Part shown: positions 1-36,831 of the stretch, piece after piece
How positions within the stretch are numbered: position 1 is the first letter of the stretch
How the letters are laid out: each line of letters starts with the position of its first letter
Assembly (NCBI GenBank): GCA_963693365.1
Contig: CAVNZM010000002.1
Location: 6,151,943 to 6,215,942 of the forward strand
Direction of reading: 5' to 3'
DNA from: Amoebidium appalachense
Taxonomy: Eukaryota > Protista > Ichthyosporea
DNA: 64,000 nucleotides
Position numbers and translations under genes: made by a program
The notes under the pieces: model-generated
The model's database searches: none
What the model saw: the letters and a program-made list of their open reading frames with translations, nothing else
Told to the model about the DNA's origin: nothing

Positions 1-995
1 GTGGGCCCGAAGAAACAGCACAGTGCCAACCAGTAGACAGCATTGAGCACCGCACACAATCCAAGGAGAATAACTATCAGGGGTGGGCGTTGTGGGGTAG
101 CCATCGTGAATATTTAGTCATCTCTGAGCACCATCAATATATATGCAAGATCTAGAGGCTGTGCCGCCCCCGGGCTGTGATTGATGAAGGTAAAGGGATG
201 GGAGTGGGACTGTATCAAAAGGAGAAATCAACCTTAGCAAACTTAACTGTATTCTTTTGTAAAGAGAGCCAAAGAGCGATTTACGTATTTCTCGTTGTGA
301 CTGTGTACTGCCCCCCTGTACTGCTGTACTGCCCTCTTTCAACTCGAGGTGACGCCTGGTTGGCCTGGCTTGCCGGAAGTCTCGTGTTTTCCTTGATACA
401 ACGCGGGAAGTGCACGCGTGATATGTATGTCTCCTGATTGGACAAATATCTACCATTCATGAGCCACGAATGGCTGTACAGCTTATCTACCCATATTTGT
501 AATGACTAGCCTATTACGGCTAATCCGTGCCCGCCATCGCAGCGAGCACATTCCAGTGTTAAACTTTCTTAACCGCTCGTTCCCGCTGGGACCCGCCAGC
601 TCAGCGGCACCGCGTTTTTAGACTCTCTCACCCGACTCTCTCTCCATCACCCAGCTTCAATTCTCACCCAAGCCATAAATAATGGAGGGGGTGAATTTTT
701 ACAGTCAAGCCCTAGCAATGGCAACATGGCCTAACTGGGCTTCTCTAATACGTATTCTCTAGCGGGTATTAATGATTGCAGCAACAGGTGCATCAGAAAC
801 ATGTACAAAACAGAAGCCTTTATCGTTCCCACGTTTGAAGGAATGTGTATTCTATAAACTAGTGTACAAAACATGTGGCTTTTGTTGTCTCAAAGCCTTT
901 GGCCGGTACACCCCAAAATGTGCACGTGCATACGTCCACAATGTTTTCCTATGTAACAGTGTACCGACGCCTGTGAAATACTCCAACGCAATACT

Positions 996-5104
<4,109 letters not shown>

Positions 5105-5131
5105 TTTCTACTCGTCACCAGGGGCAAACTG

Positions 5132-5221
<90 letters not shown>

Positions 5222-5232
5222 TGTCACGGTGT

Positions 5233-5331
<99 letters not shown>

Positions 5332-6249
5332 CGGTTTTGCGGGCGCACATATACAGGCATGTGTGAACACGTGTCTACGAACGCGCACACGTGTGCTCTT
5401 GTGTGTATGTGTATCGGTTTGAATGCGTGTGTGTGCGGGTGTCACAGAAATGGTTTGCTCAACCGTGTGTTCGTGCATACATGAAGCTGTATCGGCCAAG
5501 TTCTTGGAACATGTGCTTGAGAGGGAAAGGAGCGGGGAAGTGACAATTCAGCTGTCCTTTTCCACTTAAGTTTAGTAACATATAGTTGGGATGGGCCGTG
5601 GTGGTGGTGGTGAAACGGGGGAGGGGGAGGGGGAAGTAATGGAGGAATGAGTGCGAGTGTCCGTGTGCTTCAAACGTACTTGGGCGTGGGTAAGACAGGA
5701 TGCGCTCGTAAGCAACTATTTAGGTCCAGCTCTTCAGCGTGTATTCGTATGTACATATGCGACTTCTGCGCGTACGTGTGTGCATGCGAGTTGTGTGCGC
5801 TCGTGCAGGTGTGCGCACGCAGTTGTGTAGTTAGGGTCGCTTGATTAAGGTGGCAGATTCGTGTGCGAGCATGCACACGTCAGGGTGGTCTTGACGGCCT
5901 GCCTAGGTGTGGTTGCGTAGTTTTTATATGTGCTTTTCCGTGTTTGCATACGTTCATATGTGTACGCATACACTTCAGACAAACCAGCTGCAAGGAAGCT
6001 ACATCTTGCGCATGCGCCTTTGTCTTGCAAACGCAACCACAACTCTCCTACCTTGCTTCTAAGAAACCGCCCGTGAACTCTGCACTCGGTAAATGGGTTG
6101 TAGCTTTTTCTCTCAAACCGCTACAACTTATATGATTGCCACACATCCCATATTCAAGTGGCAAACTGTGTATGCACACTTTCACTTGGACTCGAACTCA
6201 GTGAAAACAAAAAACACGAATGGAACTGCAACAAAATGACGAAAATATG

Positions 6250-6350
6250 GCGCCAAATCCGTGCAGTGTGATTGGCTAGCAAAGAAGTACATGATTGGCT
6301 ACACACGCATCTTTGTTTGCGCAAACAGATGCTGTTTTGGCCAATCAGAG
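6250..6350. promoter_or_regulatory. CCAAT-box cluster in the probable bidirectional promoter between the rhodanese and methyltransferase genes
   Basis: ATTGG at ~6271 and ~6293 and CCAAT at ~6341, in microsatellite-free sequence between two divergently oriented genes. Confidence 0.5.
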
Positions 6351-6604
6351 CCATCTTGCACTTGAAGTTTCGGAGAACTGCACAGGGCCCACATGTTTCA
6401 CCTTCGTTCACTTGAACGTGTTGAGTTGATTTCAATGTACACGCTTGATGTCCATGTACATGTGCAGTGCACGCTTGATATCCATGTGCACGCTTAATTT
6501 CTGCGTCCCCTATCTATCTTCTCACCGTTTATCTGTTATTTCTTCTAACACACGTGTAGTTATCAGCGGTCGGTTCTGGCGTGCACTCCTACAGACAAAT
6601 AAGG

Positions 6605-7551
6605 ATGGAGGGGGAAGGGGGCGGGCACTTGCCTGCGCACAACCGCGAGTACAAAGAGAAGGCCTACTGGGACAGTCGCTTTGAGAAGTGTGTATCCCCC
6701 CCCCCTCCCCCCCCCCCCCCCCCCCCTCCCCTCCCCTCCCCCAACTCCCCGCCCCTCCCTTCCCATCTCTCCCTGCCATCCCCTCCCTCCCCCCCCCCCT
6801 CCCCGCCTCCCCAGCAACAAAAAACTTTTATTCCTGCATCCAACAAATTGGTTGAACACCCCAACACCTTCTTTTTTCATCAAAATTGCTTTCAATGTAG
6901 CCAAAATCCGCACATGTTGTTTCCTTCTGTTGGTTCCTGCAATGTAGGTTTCCGTGCACACAGGAAGAGTTATGATTAAGGAACAAGCGACGGGGGTGTT
7001 CAAGGTAAGGGGGATGGGGAGGGAGAGGGCGAGGGAGAGGGTGAGAGTTTGAGCTTTTGTGGTCTCAGGCAATCGTTTTGGGGGTGACTTGTGGAATGGG
7101 AGGAGGAACGGGAAAGGGAGAGAGTGTGTGTGTTCGTGTGAGGTCGCGTAGGAAGGGCGGGAGGGATGAAGAGCTTGGAGGGGAAGTTGGAAAGTGAGGA
7201 GAGGGTTGAGGGAGGGTTGTGAAGACCAAGGGGAGGCGGATGGGGATGGAGAGACGGAGGTAGAGATGGAGGGAGAGTCCTGGGCGCCCAACAGGTTGGA
7301 TGGTGACGGCGGGGTAAGGGGTGCTGAGCGTGCAGGGGGGATACAGGGAGGCAGACTTTGACTGGTTCAAACCCTACGACCACTTCCAACACATCATAAG
7401 AGAGCACGTGAAACCGACAGACCGCATACTCATGGTGGGGTGTGGCAACTCAAGTAGGCACCACAGCCACAGCCACACACCTATGATCATGCACGGGCGT
7501 ACGCTACATAACCATGCATGCCCGCACTCATGCGTGCGTAAACGCACGCAT

Positions 7552-7639
<88 letters not shown>

Positions 7640-8186
7640 GCTACACAAACAAATACACACCCACACCCACACACACAACTGAAGTGAGACCACAGCAATG
7701 ATATCAATAGGCTGGAAACAACATTGTGGGCTATTATATACACATATCTTATAGTGTCACGTGAGTTGGAGCCGCATCGTATGCACATAGATCGAAAGAT
7801 CGCATTTGACCCTTTGAACGTTATTGTATAAGTATATAAGGACTACAATTGTGTGTGCCCTCACTGTATCCATGTATGTGTGTAAGGTTTACATTATTTG
7901 GGAAACCAACTTCCATGGTGAATGATATGATGTGGCATGGTGTTTGCAAAGACACGGGGTAGCTACAGCTTATACAAATCATGGTGGCACTCACTCTTGC
8001 ACCCCCTTCCCCCACCTGGTGTGTGTACGCTTTTTTGTGTGTGTATGTGCTTGAATGTGTCAGTATATAGGAGGCTTTGGTGTGTAGGGTGTGCGTGTGT
8101 GCGTGTGTGTGCATGTGTGTGTGTGTGTGTGTGTGTGTATGTACGTGTGCACATATGCATATGCATGTGTATGTGTGCATATGTTG

Positions 8187-8221
<35 letters not shown>

Positions 8222-9019
8222 ATGCATACACGTGCAGGTCTCAGCCGCAGCATGTATGATGACGGCTACCCGCACATCACCAATCTGGACTTCAGTGCTG
8301 TGGTCATTGCTAAGATGGCCGCACGCCACAGTGACTGCAAAACCATGACCTGTGCGTAGGTCCTCCCGTGTTGCAATATTTGGGGGGGGGGGGGGGGGGG
8401 GGGGGAGGGGGGGGAGAGGGAGGGAGGTTGTGTTAATGTGTTGAAGAGTTCGAAATACACATCCGCGATGGAGAACATATGCAGTTGTGTTAAAAGAGAC
8501 AGAGCATACACGAAGATTATGCATTATGGATGGGATCCATCATCCCGGGAAGGGGGGGGGGGAAGGGGGGAGGGGTGGGGGGGAGGGGAAGGGATGCATG
8601 TAGCATATATGTATGTGCAGAGGTGCAAACACTTGTCTGCATGCTGATACTTTCCGAGTGTGCCCCCACTCTCCTAAAAATACACACGTACTCTCGCACG
8701 AGCCCCGTTGCTGCATTAAACCAGAAGACGAAGAAGCAAAAGGGTAGGAAGAAGAAGGTGGATAGAAGTTGAGGTCAGCAGATCAGTGAAGTGTTTGTGC
8801 CATGCATCCCTGCCTTGTGCATGCATGGTTGGTGTGTGCCTGCCCATGTGGCCTGTTAACCACGTGTGTATAATGGCGGCAGGGGTAGAGATGGACATGA
8901 CAGACATGAAGGTACCCCCCCCCCCTCCCCCTCCCCCTCCCCCTCCCTCCGCTCTCACCCGTGGGGCTCACCTTGAACCATCTACGCAGAACATTCGGAC
9001 CATGCATCCACCTCACACA

Positions 9020-9077
<58 letters not shown>

Positions 9078-9866
9078 TAGACACAAGCATGCACTATCAG
9101 CCTTTTGTAGTTAACAGGTTTGTACATTCGATGCAAGTTATCTGAAAAGCATTTCCGTGAGAACAGTCACATCATTCACCCTCACTCCTGCTCACCCACA
9201 CCTCTCCCGTACCCATGCATGCACACATGGCACACATTTACATCTAACGTACCTGTTCTTTGTGTTGTGGCTTACCCCCTGCTGACACATCTGGGCGCAG
9301 TTTGCCGACAATTCCTTTGATGTTGTCATCGAGAAAGGCACCATCGATGCTGTGATGGTAACAACAACCCCTCCCTCCCCCCCCCCCCCCCCCCCCCCCC
9401 TCACGGGGTTTCCCTTGCTGTCTGCTTCTGTACTGCCTCATCCACTCCCCTTCATTCAAACACACGACATCTTCCTGTGGTGCCTTAGCGGCATACTAGA
9501 AGTTCGAAAGTATGGAGAGGAGGAGGAAGGGGGTGGGGGGGGGGGGGGGGGAAGGGGGGGAGGAGGCAGGAAGAGAGAGAGACAAGGGGGGAGGGGGAGG
9601 GAAAGGGGGTGCCAGTATCACTGCCTATGCTTCTCTCGCAACAACTGCCCACAAACGTTTGCCCTTCCAAACTAGGTCGTGTCAGGCACATCGTATTGTG
9701 TGCGTGGAAGGATCAACACATCGCCTCCCTCCTGCACAACGTTTTTCGGCCATCATGCACCATGTTCCCTTGTGTGCGTGCAAGAGAGTTGGTTAGGGCA
9801 CACGCGTAGTGTGGAATTCATGACATGAGTCCTTACACGTGAATACACATGTGCATTCCCTCCTTC

Positions 9867-9897
<31 letters not shown>

Positions 9898-9918
9898 ACA
9901 TGCACACACATGCACACG

Positions 9919-9998
<80 letters not shown>

Positions 9999-10699
9999 GA
10001 TGTAGAGGACCAATGGGCACCACAGCAGAGTGTCCTCGATCTTGTCCACCGTACCCTCGAAAATATCAGCCGTGTGCTGACACCATCAGGTTGATACACC
10101 GCCCCCTCACGCTCCCCTTTCCCTTCGTCGCCCCCGTCCCCGGCACCTCCCACATCATGCACATGCAGATACGCACGCATGCACGTACGCACAAGCACGC
10201 GCACCCACCCACATACACAACACACACACACACACATACACACACACACAACACACGCCTAGGCACACACACAAGCCCCATGACCCAGCACCCCATTCTC
10301 CAACACAGCCGCACCGCTTCCCTGTGCTGGACACTCCACACACTGACTGGCCAGTATACACCTAAAGCATAAACAAAGTGACCCAGGCATGTCGTTTGTT
10401 CAGCACCCTTTTCAATACCGCAAGTGAGTGATGTTATACAGGGAAGTAGGGACACACGCCCGCATGCGCCCACACACTCACACACTCTCACACACTCTTG
10501 CACTCGCACTCGCACTCACGATCACACGCACGCACTCTCACACTTGTACACACACACACATACTAACTCACACACACGCTAACACACCCACACCCCCAGG
10601 TGTCTTTCTCAGCATCACCTTTGCTCAGCCACATTTCCGTCTGCCCCTATACCAGCAGCCTCGCTACAACTGGGCGGCAACATACGTCACATTTGGTTG

Positions 10700-10732
<33 letters not shown>

Positions 10733-11256
10733 ACTCTCAAGTAAAATAAAACAAAGATTCGACTCAAATTCAAGGGAAACAGAGCACAACTGAAGCTCTC
10801 ACCGACAAGTTATGGGCTTACGGGCAGTGGGGAGGGAACGGGCCAAAGGTTACCACGAGAAGTTGCCATGTGTGTTTGGGTAAACAGGCGCAGGCGGGGG
10901 GGGGGGAGGTATGGAGGATCTGTGTGCTCGTGTGTGTCGGTGTGTGGATGGTGTGCTTCCCCCCCCCCCCCCCCCCCCCCTCCCCCCCCCCCCCCCCCCC
11001 CCCCCCCTTCACCTCCGTACGTCTTTTCCTTATTGTGTTGGCTTCACTTCACACACACTGCACACTCACTCACACACACCACGCAGGAGACACGTTCCAC
11101 TACTACGTGTACAGCATGCACAAGGGCAGCACAAACACAGACCCCCGCTTTGCCGTGCGCCCACGTGCCCCACCACCAATCACGGTTGAGCTGAGTGACA
11201 GCGACACGGATGAGGGTTTCCTTTTTAGGAAGGTCACCGTAGAGGCTGAAGACTAG
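6605..11256 (+). CDS. EEF1AKMT4: EEF1A lysine methyltransferase 4-like (ECE2/METTL13-N family) SAM-dependent methyltransferase, 8 exons
   Basis: In-phase GT-AG exons 6605-6687, 7347-7453, 8238-8351, 8883-8911, 9301-9357, 9996-10089, 10600-10695, 11087-11256. They give LPAHNREYKEKAYWDSRF..FDWF..ILMVGCGNSSLS..YPHITNLDFSAVVI..MDMTDMKFADNSFDVVIEKGTIDA..SRVLTPSGVFLSITFAQPHFR..FHYYVY, which are the family motifs in order. Confidence 0.93.
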
Positions 11257-11394
11257 GTGGTGTGGCCGTATTAGGTAATAGGTGATGGGGAGGACGAAGG
11301 GGGTTGTATGGGTCAACTCTACTGGGTATATGTGCTAGCCATAATATCATCATTATATCTTGCACTGGAAAAATGGTGATCCCGAGCAGGCCCA

Positions 11395-11429
<35 letters not shown>

Positions 11430-11929
11430 CCCCCCCCCTCTCTCCCCCCTCCTCCTGCTTTATCTTCTTCTTTTTTTATTTTTATGAATAGAGGAATCCA
11501 TGGGCATGGCCATGTTGGTGTGCTGAGTATGGCAGGTGTGCATGAATGCTGGCAAGAAAATGGGCACTAAGGCAAACTGTTACATACAGGAACACTCAGT
11601 CCGCTCACACACATCTCTTTAGACTAGTAGATGCACACACTAAGAAACATGCACAAGCGCACACACACACACACACGTCCATATAGTGCCCACGTGGTGC
11701 TAATCATAAAGTGTCATGCACGTGCTGTGCACGTGTTAATTCGGCCACCTTGTACCACGTGGTTGGTAGAAGACACCAGAATGCTTGCACGTGATTCATA
11801 AGCCCAAATAAAGGCACGTGTGTTGCTTGACTTCGAACATCAGTTCTTGTTGCTGTTCAAAAGCTATACATGTGGGTCCATATCGACCACCGCAATTCAT
11901 ACTACAGTAGCAGTCCTGAAGTGTCCCGG

Positions 11930-11977
<48 letters not shown>

Positions 11978-12873
11978 TTGGTCTTGGGATTGTGTGATCT
12001 TTGGTGGGGGTATATGTGGCCTGGTTGTCACGGTTTGTGCGTATGTATGCTTTGCTGTATGCTCGGCAAGTATGTTGTTGTGCATGTCGTGCACGAATGT
12101 TGGTATGATGCCGGTGTGGATGGGACTTGGGGCTCGAGGGGATTCCAAGGTACGTCGGGTACGTGTATGGGGCGCAGAGCGCATGTATGTGGGTGCTAGC
12201 GCGTAGAGCACGTGGTGTGTGAGTTTTTTTGTTTTGGTTTCATTTAGGGGCAGAGGGAGGGGAGATACGTGCGTGTGTGTGTCTGCGTGTGTGTGTGTGT
12301 GTGTGATGGCGGTGGTGATGGTATAGTGGTGGTGGTGTGGGGGAGGGGGTGTCAGTGTTAAACACAAGTAGGCAAGCGTGTTTCGCACATAAATTATATT
12401 CGTTTGTGTTTACATTACGGAGCCGGCCGTTGTTCGGACTGCATGCTCGTCTGACTAGTCAGATACATAGTACTGGCTAAATGTAGTGTTTTGCTTGTTC
12501 AACCGATGCCTCACAGAGGCCCGTATGACTCATAATAATATCTCCTTTCGCACACAGAAACACATACATTCTGTTAATTAACGACATACAAGTACAACAA
12601 GCTATATGCGTTCAGAAAGGGCTTACGTCATATGCATGTATGTGTATATTTATGCACGCGCAAGCGCGTTGTGTTTGTGATTGACCTTCAAGCATGGTTC
12701 GACCAATTCAATGAGAATCCTGAGTACATTCGACCCAGCATGGGGTAACCTTCATACGTTGTATTCGGCTGTGTCCCGTCCCTCCCTGATAGTTCCTACC
12801 CCAGACCTGTGCCCCAGCCACGTTGGTCAGTGCTGACCCTATATAGGGCCACCAATAATTAACAATCAATACA

Positions 12874-31292
<18,419 letters not shown>

Positions 31293-31634
31293 CAAACGAT
31301 CTCTCCTTACATACAAAACCTCGCTCCACCCCACCTAAATAAGACGCGCTTTGGAAACAGAAACAGCCAAGTCCACTTTGCTGGTTGGATCCAACGCTGC
31401 TCTCTTTTTAGTTGCTGGGTCAAGCGACCATTCCTCTGCCAACTGCAAACCTCTTCCGTGCCTCGTTCGCTACTAATAATATGAACTCTCCCTATTTTTC
31501 TAACCCACTTAGCACAACCTAAGTCTCGTTTTGGGTTTTCGTTTTCTTGGTCCTGTGTTACGCCATAGCCCACAAAGCACACGAGCACAGCACACACGCA
31601 CCGTGCCCGTTGCTGCCGGGTGCTGCCGAACTGA

Positions 31635-31820
31635 AGAGCCAATCAGCAACAGGCATCAAAGCAGAGTGATTGGCTAACAGATCTCATCTACATTCCACAC
31701 GATCAAAAAAGAAGCGAAAATTTCTGCGCAAAATCAGGCTTTGCGCGTAATGATTGGTGCACCTAAACTGGATAGACCCGATTGGATGGCGCCAACCCAG
31801 CGGACTTAGCAACCAATCCT
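31635..31820. promoter_or_regulatory. Cluster of five CCAAT boxes upstream of the cyclase gene
   Basis: CCAAT/ATTGG at ~31639, 31669, 31753, 31781 and 31813, in repeat-free sequence about 350-520 bp upstream of the first cyclase exon. Confidence 0.55.
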
Positions 31821-32696
31821 CACCGATCGGTCATCGGCACAAACAGGTGGTCGTTTCGTTGCACTTAGTGTGCGGAGGTTTCAAGAAAAAGACGGGGGAA
31901 GAAGGAAAATGCAATATTTGTAGAAGTAGGCACCAAGGTAGTTGCTGTATTGTCACATCGTGCAAAGCATCCGGCAAGCTAGTATCTCTCTTCGATCAGG
32001 GATGTAAAAAGCAAAATTGGGCCAAGGGGGTCATGGCAAATCGCAATGGCAAAACCTCGTTGTTTCTTTTACTTTCCCGTTTTCACTTCTAACAAAAGGT
32101 TCGGCTGAGGAAAGCGTCCTCCGTTACAGAGTGTTGAAGGCGGGTGAGCGAAGTCCTGCATGGGATGATGTGTGTGTTTGCAATTGTATCCGTACAATAC
32201 GATGGACAACGCTCTGGTAGTAAGTAAAGCAACAGCTGGGTAGCTCAACAAATTGTGTGTGTACTTGTGTGTGTGTCGAAGAGTGTCTGCTTGCCTGTTT
32301 GGTGTTTGGGGTATGTGCCCGTTAGCATGCCACAAGGTTTGTGTCACTTAATACATACTACAACTAATATTATTACACCGAGCGCTAAACCAAAAAAAAC
32401 TAATTATAATATTATTACATAATGTGTGTGTGTGGGTCACCTGGGTATGGCTGCGCATGGCAGGTGCAACAACCTAAACCTGGAAACAAATAATGAAAAA
32501 AACGGAAACCATTTGCAAAGATACTTGTTAAAACGGGTCTTTGTGCTGGTAAACCGTTACATATGGCCATTCTGTTAACGTTGACTACTGTTGTTTCAGT
32601 TTATTAATATTATGATCAGTTTATTAATATTATGAATAAGGTACTACTCCAGTAAAGCAGATGCGCTTCGGGGCGGCCAAGCCTGAGCTTCCCCCA

Positions 32697-32727
<31 letters not shown>

Positions 32728-33155
32728 GTCTTCAGCAACAACAACAAATAGGAAACCAAACCCCAAGCCGTTCTTCCTCCAAACGCAGATTAACACACAC
32801 AAAGTTCCCACTGGCCTTGCAACCCCTTTGCTTTCGGACAAGCAGTGTAACGGATGGAATCCTATTACAATGTTGACCGGATTGATACGGGCCATAATCA
32901 TGCTCCTGCCTGCACACACTGTCTGCAGCCTGGGCTTTTTTTTTTTCTTTTCTTTCTTTTCCCCCTGTTTTGTTTTGTTTGTTTTGTTTTGTTTTGTTTT
33001 GCCCTTGCCGGCCAGCAACCATCCCGTATCCATATAGATGCATCCACACCACGTGCACACCGTCGGTGTAGAACTCACCCAGAAGGCTGCTGTGAGTGGT
33101 GTGTGTGTGTGTGTGCAGTGTGTGTGTGTGTGTTGGTGGTGGTGGTAGTGGCGGA

Positions 33156-33256
<101 letters not shown>

Positions 33257-33269
33257 GTCATGTGTGTGT

Positions 33270-33345
<76 letters not shown>

Positions 33346-34736
33346 AGGGTGTGTGTGGAATTGGCAGTGCTGTGTGTGTGATACTGATCCTGGTGCATGT
33401 GCACACGGGTGTGCCTGTAAGTGTCACAGTTGTTGTGGTGTTGCGGTGACCACTGGACCAGGTGGTCGTGGTGGCCTGTGTGTGGTCAAGGTGATGGTGC
33501 GGTGTGTGGTGTGTGTGTGTGGTTCCTGGGAAGTGGTGGTGGTGGTAGGTTGAGAGGGGGGAAGGAAGGGGAGGAGGGGGGGGGGGGAGGGGGGAGGAAG
33601 GGGGGAGAGGGGATGGGTGGGGGTAACTTACTGACAATGCAGAACATGGGAGTTTGAACATGTTCAACAATTGAGCTGTCAAATGCTATCTGGCTGCCCG
33701 TTGCCAAGCCCCTCCTCCCCTCCTCCCCCACCTCCCCCCCCTCTCTCCCCCCTCCCCCCGCCCCACTCCAGAGCCCCCCCCTCCCCCCCCCCCCCCCCCC
33801 CCCCCCCACCCCACCCCCTTCACCCCCGCCCCCCTCTCCTCCGCCCACCCACCCACCTCACCCCCTGCAAAGGATTGCAAAGGAGTTCTTTGGTAACGTA
33901 AAAGTAAAAATAAGAAAACGAAGAAAAGGAACAGGAACAACGCTTCAAGGTTTGCTTTGAGAACCTGTGGTTATGGCAGCACCAAGGAGAGAAGGGGTAA
34001 CTATTTATCACCAGTTGTGCAGTGCACTGTGTGCCATATTTTACCTGTGCTGGCCCTTCTCTTTCATTCCGATATTTCTTTTTTTTTTTTTTGCCTGGTA
34101 CGCCAGTGTTCTCACTAATTCCCATCAACCCTTCTTTACCCGGGGGGGGGGGGGGGGGGGGGGGGGGGATCAACATATGCATTGATTCAATGACATTCTC
34201 GAAGTTCAGTATCATGATGCACACAAGCTCTTCCAAATGATGGCTCGGTATAAGTACGGAAAAGAGCTCGAGGAAGTGACTCGGACCAAAAAACGTGGCT
34301 CGGATCATAAGTTTATGTACAGCGCCACATCGGATATCTTGACATAGTTAATTAAACCCTGCCTATATGATGTATGCTCAGACTGAGTTCGGTGTTTTGC
34401 ACATGTCACTGAGTGCGCCGCCAGATTAGGGCATGTGTTAAAGTCGTTGATCCCCCCCCCCCCCCCTCCCCCCTCCCCCCCCTCCCTCCCCCCCCCCCCC
34501 CCCCCCCCCGTTTCCCTTCTTTCGTGGAGGGGGTGGGGTGATAGGGGTGGTGTGTGTGTGTGTGTGTGTGTGTGCAGCAGAGGAAGGGGGGAGGGGTGGG
34601 GAGGGAGGGGGAGTGGGTTGCAAAGGCAGGGCAAAAACAAGGTTCTGTTGTTTTTGTGTTGTGTGTGAGTATGTTCGTACTGTACAGTACAATGTGTGTG
34701 TGTGTTGTATGGTGTGTGTGTGTGTGTGTGTGTGAC

Positions 34737-34800
<64 letters not shown>

Positions 34801-35129
34801 GTAGGGAGGAAAGGGGGGGGGAGGGGGGAAGGGGGGGGGAGGGGGGAGGGGGGGGGGGGAGTGGTGGATCATCAGGCTGAGTACATAAAGAAAAAGGTCA
34901 GGTGCCACGGTTTGCGGGTGGATATGCTCAGATGTGTTAACCGGATAGCAGGAAAGGGGCCATGGTTTGTGAGCGCAAACCGGTGACCAGGCCACATAGG
35001 AATATGAGGAGAAGGTGGGTCGGCCCCCCCGTGACAGGTGTATAGCGAGAATTTCAAAATGGGCATCCAAGGAAACAACACTGGAAGTGTGGCGGTGACG
35101 GTGGTTATTGTTGTTGTTGTTGTTGTTAT

Positions 35130-35174
<45 letters not shown>

Positions 35175-35210
35175 TGTGTGTGTGCGCACGCATGTGTTGG
35201 GGCGGCCGCG

Positions 35211-35251
<41 letters not shown>

Positions 35252-35458
35252 AGGTGGGCCAAACTATGACAGCCAATGCTATACGGTATTGACCAATTGA
35301 CAACAAAAACAAAGAGGCATAAAATTCCAGCGGATTAAACACAAGAAAGTAATCATGCTATCACTGTTCAGCCAGTAGGATAAAAAAAGAGAATTTCTCT
35401 ACAACGTACTGACGTGTTGCCGCACGTGCGACGTTATACATCTACTCAGGCGGCTTTT

Positions 35459-35506
<48 letters not shown>

Positions 35507-35761
35507 AAGGAGACACCGCCTCAGTAGGTGGCAGAGAATTTCTCTGGGTAACAATGAAACTTCCTTGTCATCATCGTCCTCGATTTTGAGCGTGTTGACC
35601 TTTTCCAGTTGTAGCAACTGCGACCAGCATCAAATTATTATTTAAGGGTTACGCGTTTGGGATGGACAACTAAAGGCAGATGCTGTCCTCCACATGGTAT
35701 ATGTACACAAGAGATAGGGAGAGCAAGAGAGAGAGAGAGAGAGTGTGTGTGTGTGTGTGTT

Positions 35762-35795
<34 letters not shown>

Positions 35796-35842
35796 CGCGA
35801 GAGAGAGAGAGGGGGGGGGGGGGGGGGGGGGGGGGGAAAGGG

Positions 35843-35930
<88 letters not shown>

Positions 35931-36332
35931 AATCAAACACAGTGACTATGCCTCACTTGACTACAACTTGTGTGTGTGTGTGTGTTCGTGTGTGTGTGTG
36001 TGTGCGGGTGTGTGCGTGTGTGCGTGCTTGCGTGTGTGCGTGCGTGTGTGTGTGTTCGCGTGTGCGTGTGTGCATGTGTGCATGCGTGGGTGCGTGGGTG
36101 CGTGCGCACGTGTGTGTGTGCGTGCGTGCGTGCGTGCTTGCGTGCGTGCGTGCTGGCGTGCGCGTGTAGATGGCTAGGTGCGTGCGCACGTGTGTGGGTA
36201 CGTGCGTGCGCGCATGACACTGTGGCTCGTACGTGCATCAATGTGTAAACCCGAGGCAATTTAGAGAGGGAGAGAGGGTGAGACCGTTAGAGAAAAGGAG
36301 AGAATCTGATGGAGAGAGGTTGGGCAGTGAGA

Positions 36333-36831
36333 AGGCCCCAACCACATCGGCAGAATCAACTTGCTGCAAGAAAAATTACTATCCCAAGAGCAGAATTATT
36401 GTGAAAAAAGCCAAATAATTCTACAAAACTTTAATTATATAATCTGCGACCCAGAGTAATCTGGATCTGCTAAACGCAGATATATTCATATGTTTTGGTC
36501 TGCTAAAAACAGAACTACTCTGCTTGGAGCAGGCTTAGTCTGCTGCCGTGAGCAGAATGTTCCTTCTGCTTTCTGCAGAATAATTCTGCTAGAAGTTGAT
36601 TCTGTCTAAAAAGGAGAATATTGAGTCCGCTGAGTCTCAGAGCAGAACAATTCTGCAGCTGCAAAGAGATGAGAATGCATCATGCATGATCCTGCTCCAG
36701 CAGAATAATTCTGCTAAGGGCAGGATCATTCTGCTTTTGCAAATTAATTCTGCTACAGCAGGATTCTCTGCTTTAATATTGCAGAATAATATGCTCCGAG
36801 CAGGCTGATTCTCCCGATGTGGTTGGGCCCT
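36333..36831. mobile_element. MITE / non-autonomous DNA transposon, ~499 bp, ~30-bp imperfect TIRs, 6-bp target-site duplication GTGAGA
   Basis: Left end aggccccaaccacatcggcagaatcaacttgct matches the reverse complement of the right end, agggcccaaccacatcgggagaatcagcctgct. GTGAGA flanks both sides (36327-36332 and 36832-36837). The interior is filled with GCAGAAT/ATTCTGC motifs. Confidence 0.85.

Noticed and set aside
1-460. Hydrophobic short ORFs at the window start
   Set aside because: No family motif or consistent splice structure can be supported.
566-775. TTAA-flanked piggyBac-like MITE
   Set aside because: The terminal inverted match is only about 5 bp and is offset.
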